A stretch of 64,000 nt of DNA from a virus. Numbering within the stretch: the stretch's first letter is position 1; the number at the start of each line of letters is the position of its first letter. The notes under the pieces are model-generated. The model saw only the letters and a program-made list of their open reading frames with translations. It did not search any database and had not been told where the DNA came from. Made by a program: the position numbers and the translations under genes. Shown here piece by piece: positions 59,285-64,000 of this stretch. Location: positions 39,293 through 103,292 of the IMG/VR virus record IMGVR_UViG_3300017788_001394; one strand, given 5' to 3'.

Positions 59285-61906
59285 TTAAAATAATGATGCT
59301 AACCAATTTGGTGGCGACACATGTGCAGTATCTCCGCTACCGCCCCAATACGCACCTCTATTAACATCTATGCTGTTACCCCGTGCAATGTCATAATGGA
59401 AAGTGTTACCGCCCATATACCATTGACTTGACGGATACGTGTGATTGGCTGCTCCTATACTGGGATTATACCCTGCTGCAGTTGAATTATTAATAAAGTT
59501 TTGTGAAAACGTTTGTATAATTGCTCTGTCTGCTGCATTGCCAACCGAAAGTCTCCTGCCGCCTGAATACAATGCAACATCTGACGCATCTCCTAAATGT
59601 CTGCCGCTGCCAGGGTCGGCTCTGTAACCACTTATCGTTACAACTGTTACTCCAGTCTGATTTCCAGTAAGTGTAAGAATAGTATTCAATGCAGGATTGA
59701 CGCCGCTAGCAAGTGAATGCCCTCCGGGTGGACTTGTACCAGTTGCTCCAGATGGTAAAGATCCTTCGGGTGGTCGTTGTGTACTACCGTTTGCTCCGGT
59801 CACCGACCCATCTTCACTGCCTGGTTTTAAACCAGGCAGTGAAGATACTCCATCTCTATCTCTGTAGTTTTGTCCTCTATCAAGTTGTTCATAAATTAAT
59901 GATGTTTGACAGTTCATATCTCTAAATGCTACTAAGTTCATAGTAAATGAACCGGACTGGTATGTAGCACTTCCTTGATACATTAAATACAACCCCGATA
60001 AAAAGTATGAAACTTGATTTTCAATATCCATTAACCCTGTTTTGTCGTTTGGATATCTGGGAGCTCTGATATTTAAGAAAAATCCTTGTCCACCTCGTTG
60101 ATAGTTTGCGCCTGTTTGCCCATTAGGTCCACCTAACCAATAAGGATCTCCTCTAATAGATAATGTTATCTGAACAAGGTCTGCAACACTATACAAATTG
60201 TTATACATCGCAGCCGCTTGTGCGGCCCCTACTTCTTGTCCGTTCGGGTCGCCGCCTTGTGTTCCAGGATTTTGGGGCTGGTGGTATAAAAATGACATAG
60301 GGATAGTAAGTTCGTTATTTGAATTAATATCAGAATTTGCATATAATTCACTTTGTGTAATATACCGGGTTGTATTACGACCTCTATTAGGTGTAGTTAA
60401 AGTAAAAAATTCTGGGGCCTGAAACCGTCCTAATTCGTTTGTTAACTCTGTTTCTTGTCTAACCAAATCACTAATTTCTGATTGCAACCTAGTACGTTCC
60501 GCCTCCAGTTGTGTTCTGTTACCGGGGCCGTTTCCCTTAATTAAACTGTCTATGTTAATCAATGATTTTCTAGCTGCGCCCAATTCTCTTTGTACATCAT
60601 CTAGTCTACCTCTCAATCCACTCGGAGTATTGCTGTCTGAACTCCCTCCGGGAAACTCACCACTAGCAAATGTTTTAGCACCATTGAGTGTAGTTTGCAT
60701 TGTAAAATAAGTGTTGTTAAGAGCAATATCAAAATTTAAAACTTCAGTATTTTTACCAGTGAAAATATAATCATACCGCTTTTTTATTTGCCCGTTTCTA
60801 AACATTTTATTAATTTTATCACGTTGTATGCGTGGACTACTGTTAACTTGTTGGTAACTATCAGGATCGTTGATTGCTTGAGGAGCCAGAACGGGTATTA
60901 CAGTATATGTTAACTGTCTCGCATAGTTATTAGATAGCTCATCATAATTGCCGTATTTGATAGAAGTTCTGTACGAAAACCATCGTATCTGGTCAGCAAA
61001 TGCTCCGGGATTAGCAATAGTTTCGTTCGGGTCAGTTTTAGCAAATCCGTTACCTGTTAACGCAATCGGCAATCTACGGAAGTTATGAGTTGCCATCAAC
61101 GCTGCAGAAATAGCAGATGTAATTGTTGTTCTAATGGGTAAGGAGAATGTCGCAGCACCGTCGGTTAAACTTACTACTCTTGCTCCTTCTAAAATACCCG
61201 GATCTATAGAACCAAACGTCCAATTCGACGCTCCGTATTCGTCTTTCAATACATAAGAATTAGGCCATAATATATTAGGATTTGTTGCCGCAACACTTCT
61301 TGCTTGTCTGTTGAGTTCATTTTGAAAATTAGTTAAAAATTCGCCAAAATTTCTAGCATAAACAGTAACATCAGATATTAATGTGAATTCGTTTTGTTTA
61401 AATGCTTCTTCTGTTATTTCAACTAATTCGCCTGAATAATATGCAGCACCGTTTTGAAAAGACATTGTTAATGATCTGAATACACAATAGTAATAAAAAG
61501 GTCCGGCATCTCTAATATTATTAGTTGGAATACCGTCGGGCGATGCTCCGCTAAAATTCAATTCAAAAATGAACGCTGCTTTTAAATGATTCTCTATGTC
61601 TAAATCTTTTGCTGCTTTAATTATTCTAGTAAAAAAAGTAATACCGCCTACTTCGATAAAATTTACATTAAACTGGTTAGCTATTGCTTGTCTGTTAGTA
61701 TTAACAAATGTTAACACAAAATTTTGTTCTACTGATTCTATGCTAATTTCGTTTTCAACACCACTTTGTGCTAGTGTAATAATTTTATTTTGTGACTTTA
61801 ACTTCGGTAAGCCCAAGTCTATATTAGCTGGGTGAGTTATATGTAATGCCCAGTTATAAGTGTATGTTTCATACTTGTTCAATATATTGTCTAAATAAAC
61901 TGACAT
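59285..61906 (-). CDS. Baseplate hub-like protein with C-terminal peptidase M15-like domain
   Basis: NILNKYETYTYNW, YDYIFTGKNTEV, IRGDPYWL; C-terminal ISGYR...RHLGDASD...FHYD. Confidence 0.6.
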   Translation of the reverse strand: MSVYLDNILNKYETYTYNWALHITHPANIDLGLPKLKSQNKIITLAQSGVENEISIESVEQNFVLTFVNTNRQAIANQFNVNFIEVGGITFFTRIIKAAKDLDIENHLKAAFIFELNFSGASPDGIPTNNIRDAGPFYYYCVFRSLTMSFQNGAAYYSGELVEITEEAFKQNEFTLISDVTVYARNFGEFLTNFQNELNRQARSVAATNPNILWPNSYVLKDEYGASNWTFGSIDPGILEGARVVSLTDGAATFSLPIRTTITSAISAALMATHNFRRLPIALTGNGFAKTDPNETIANPGAFADQIRWFSYRTSIKYGNYDELSNNYARQLTYTVIPVLAPQAINDPDSYQQVNSSPRIQRDKINKMFRNGQIKKRYDYIFTGKNTEVLNFDIALNNTYFTMQTTLNGAKTFASGEFPGGSSDSNTPSGLRGRLDDVQRELGAARKSLINIDSLIKGNGPGNRTQLEAERTRLQSEISDLVRQETELTNELGRFQAPEFFTLTTPNRGRNTTRYITQSELYANSDINSNNELTIPMSFLYHQPQNPGTQGGDPNGQEVGAAQAAAMYNNLYSVADLVQITLSIRGDPYWLGGPNGQTGANYQRGGQGFFLNIRAPRYPNDKTGLMDIENQVSYFLSGLYLMYQGSATYQSGSFTMNLVAFRDMNCQTSLIYEQLDRGQNYRDRDGVSSLPGLKPGSEDGSVTGANGSTQRPPEGSLPSGATGTSPPGGHSLASGVNPALNTILTLTGNQTGVTVVTISGYRADPGSGRHLGDASDVALYSGGRRLSVGNAADRAIIQTFSQNFINNSTAAGYNPSIGAANHTYPSSQWYMGGNTFHYDIARGNSIDVNRGAYWGGSGDTAHVSPPNWLASLF

Positions 61907-61912
61907 TTATGC

Positions 61913-62212
61913 TTAAATTCCTATGCTACTAATATTTTTAGGAACAACAATTAATAAACCTGCTTTAAAATCAAAAATTGGATCTTTAATTACATCTCTG
62001 TTGTAGTGAATAATAACCCACCATAGTTTACTATTACCGTATAAGTTATATGCCATCAAGTCCGGTCTCATGTTGTACTTAGACGGTATAATAGTTTTAT
62101 TAACTTGAACTGATAAGTTTTCCGCTGTCAGAGGCGGATTATAAACTTCTAAATACTTTTCATTAACATTTGTTATTGAATAGTTACTACTTTCTTTATA
62201 TGTAACTGCCAT
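61913..62212 (-). CDS. gp53: Baseplate wedge subunit gp53-like (LysM-related)
   Basis: RPDLMAYNLYGNSKLWWVI..YN...DP. Confidence 0.8.
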   Translation of the reverse strand: MAVTYKESSNYSITNVNEKYLEVYNPPLTAENLSVQVNKTIIPSKYNMRPDLMAYNLYGNSKLWWVIIHYNRDVIKDPIFDFKAGLLIVVPKNISSIGI

Positions 62213-62802
62213 TAAATGAATCCTTGTCCGTATAGACTACCCGATACAAATTCAGGCATATTGAACACTTGTTTTTGTTTGTCCGGTGTAACAATTGGCA
62301 TTAAATCTAGTGCAATAGTCTGTACAGTAGGTAACGCAACACCTCCAAATTCTTTTAAATCCGTGTCGCTTGACAACACCATTGAAAAGCTACCAACTTG
62401 AACTCTTACTTCTTTAAATAATCCCAAACCGCTAAATCGTAATACCGGCGGCGGGGTACCAGCGAGTGGATCTTTCACCCCGTAAAACATTTTTGTAACA
62501 CTTCTCAAAAAGTGTATAACTCCTTGTAAGTAAGCGTGTTCCTCATCTGTTACTTGAGAAAATTGTGCTGTTACTTGCAACATGGGCGAAGGAGTATTGC
62601 TATATGCATTGAAACTATAGTTAGTATGTGTCATGCTATACGGACTATAGATCACTGATTGTGAATAAGAAATATCAGGCTGGTTAGGAAACACTATTCC
62701 GCCATGGCGTCTTAAAATTTCTGCAGGTCCTTTACAATAAAAATTTACTGCTCCGGGTGCTGTTCTTAAAAATACTCTGTTACCGCTACTCACGCCGCTC
62801 AT
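62212..62802 (-). CDS. Baseplate/tail-tube initiator-like protein
   Basis: FPNQP.I...FLRSVTKM...GTPPPVLRF; first gene of the baseplate operon. Confidence 0.55.
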   Translation of the reverse strand: MSGVSSGNRVFLRTAPGAVNFYCKGPAEILRRHGGIVFPNQPDISYSQSVIYSPYSMTHTNYSFNAYSNTPSPMLQVTAQFSQVTDEEHAYLQGVIHFLRSVTKMFYGVKDPLAGTPPPVLRFSGLGLFKEVRVQVGSFSMVLSSDTDLKEFGGVALPTVQTIALDLMPIVTPDKQKQVFNMPEFVSGSLYGQGFI

Positions 62803-62849
62803 TATACACTTACCTTTTTTGACAAATAAATATGTTACTGTCTCTTATA

Positions 62850-62857
62850 TATTTATC
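62850..62857 (-). promoter_or_regulatory. Late-promoter-like motif GATAAATA heading the baseplate operon
   Basis: Same CGATAAATA as upstream of gp25. Confidence 0.55.
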
Positions 62858-62882
62858 GAATAATTATATTAGTATATAATGA

Positions 62883-62911
62883 TTGACATTTATACGAATG
62901 TATACTATATT
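62883..62911 (+). promoter_or_regulatory. Sigma70-type promoter TTGACA-N17-TATATT for the sigma-factor gene
   Basis: Near-consensus hexamers, then AAGGA RBS and ATG 62937. Confidence 0.65.
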
Positions 62912-62936
62912 AAAAAATAAATCTAAGGAATTTTTA

Positions 62937-63812
62937 ATGAAAAGAGTAAATTATCTTAATAACAAAGATATGTTAACAGAAATACACAAAAGCAAACTTT
63001 CATACTGTCACTTATTAGAAAAAGAACACGGACGTTATGATGTTATAGTTGACGAATACAACGATATATTCACCGACGACATAATTCAACTAGCTAAAGA
63101 AAACCGTGCATATCAATTAACCGTAGAATCATATGAAGCTGCATATTTAGATTGGTATAACAATAGTAAAAAACTAAAAGACAAACCTAAAGTAGCAGAT
63201 CATCGAGTACACGCAGCAGACATACCTACCGAAGATTTAATATTCAGAGTTATGACTTATGAACATGTACCACTGGAACCGGGTCGTAAATCAAAACCAA
63301 AAACTACTGCAGACGCACATTCTAAATGTAATTTCCCTCCATTTAAACACTTTAAATCCATTGACAATGAAATGCGTGAAGTAGTACGTAGCCATTGGAA
63401 AGGTGGTTTCGACAACGGTCATTTTAGTGTAGACCACGGAACCGTAACAAACAACTTAGCAAAAATGTATATTAAACTATGTGAGCGTTATAGTATGCGT
63501 AGTAACTGGAGAGGATATACTTACGTTGACGAAATGCGTAGCCATGCATTACTACAGTTGAGTCAAATTGGATTGCAGTTTAACGAACACAAATCACAAA
63601 ACCCGTTTGCTTACTATACTGCCGCTGTTACTAACAGTTTTACAAGAGTTTTGAATTTAGAAAAACGTAATCAAAACATAAGAGATGATCTATTACAAGA
63701 AAACGGACAGCTACCATCATTTAGTAGACAAATTGATCACGAAATAGCAGAACGAGCAAAGTGGGATGAACAAATGGCTGCAGAACACAAAGACGCTGGT
63801 TACAACATTTGA
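62937..63812 (+). CDS. gp55: Late-transcription sigma factor, T4 gp55-like
   Basis: NYLNNKD, NWRGYTYVDEM, F...KSQNPFAYYT....NSF...L..EK. Confidence 0.85.
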   Translation: MKRVNYLNNKDMLTEIHKSKLSYCHLLEKEHGRYDVIVDEYNDIFTDDIIQLAKENRAYQLTVESYEAAYLDWYNNSKKLKDKPKVADHRVHAADIPTEDLIFRVMTYEHVPLEPGRKSKPKTTADAHSKCNFPPFKHFKSIDNEMREVVRSHWKGGFDNGHFSVDHGTVTNNLAKMYIKLCERYSMRSNWRGYTYVDEMRSHALLQLSQIGLQFNEHKSQNPFAYYTAAVTNSFTRVLNLEKRNQNIRDDLLQENGQLPSFSRQIDHEIAERAKWDEQMAAEHKDAGYNI

Positions 63813-63877
63813 GTTAACTTTTGTTTAACATCACGGTTGGACAAAATAATAAAAATTATCAATTTTTGGAGAACGAC

Positions 63878-64000
63878 ATGAAAAACTTTATTGCTGCTCT
63901 ATTACTTACTACCACTGTTGCCTACGCAGAAGGCGATGCTGCTCAAGGCGAAAAACAATATAAAAAATGTGCTGTTTGCCATACCGTCGAAGAAGGTGGA
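63878..64000 (+). CDS. Class I cytochrome c (cytochrome c2-like), partial, with signal peptide
   Basis: MKNFIAALLLTTTVAYA-EGDAAQGEKQYKKCAVCHTVEEGG: AxA signal cleavage site, GD...G motif, CxxCH; GGAG RBS. Confidence 0.85.
   Translation, partial: MKNFIAALLLTTTVAYAEGDAAQGEKQYKKCAVCHTVEEGG

Noticed and set aside
1-64000. tRNA, rRNA, CRISPR arrays, integrase/transposase, introns/inteins
   Set aside because: None recognised by eye; intergenic gaps are short. tRNAscan and Infernal were not run.

Overview
A 64-kb AT-rich segment of a large T4-related (jumbo-type) myophage genome. The right part (about 39.2-63.8 kb) is a minus-strand tail/baseplate module. It encodes tube-initiator-like and gp53-like proteins, a hub protein with an M15-peptidase-like tip, gp5-like and lysozyme-like proteins, gp25, gp6, a 3692-aa giant virion protein and three fibre-type genes. 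A divergent gp55-like late sigma factor follows, then the 5' end of a secreted c-type cytochrome. The left ~39 kb, contiguous with the tail genes, is a dense tailoring-enzyme island. It holds 10 radical SAM enzymes, 8 with an N-terminal twitch/SPASM-like Cys cluster and 2 with a C-terminal SPASM. It also holds about 6 glycosyltransferase-like genes, 2 nucleotidyltransferases, HAD phosphatases, 2 kinases and 4 methyltransferase-fold proteins. Single copies of a carbamoyltransferase, an amidinotransferase, a PLP aminotransferase, an ATE-like transferase, a 2OG-Fe(II) oxygenase and a Na+/solute symporter are present, with SGNH and sulfotransferase-like proteins. T4-late-like (N)ATAAATA motifs precede both structural and tailoring genes. 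My best hypothesis (inference, untested) is a phage-encoded virion decoration system of glycosylation plus radical chemistry. Candidate substrates are a Tyr/Gly-rich loop in a fibre protein and a Thr-rich region of the giant protein. Several decayed gene remnants suggest rapid turnover of the island. All calls come from reading motifs by eye; no database searches were run.
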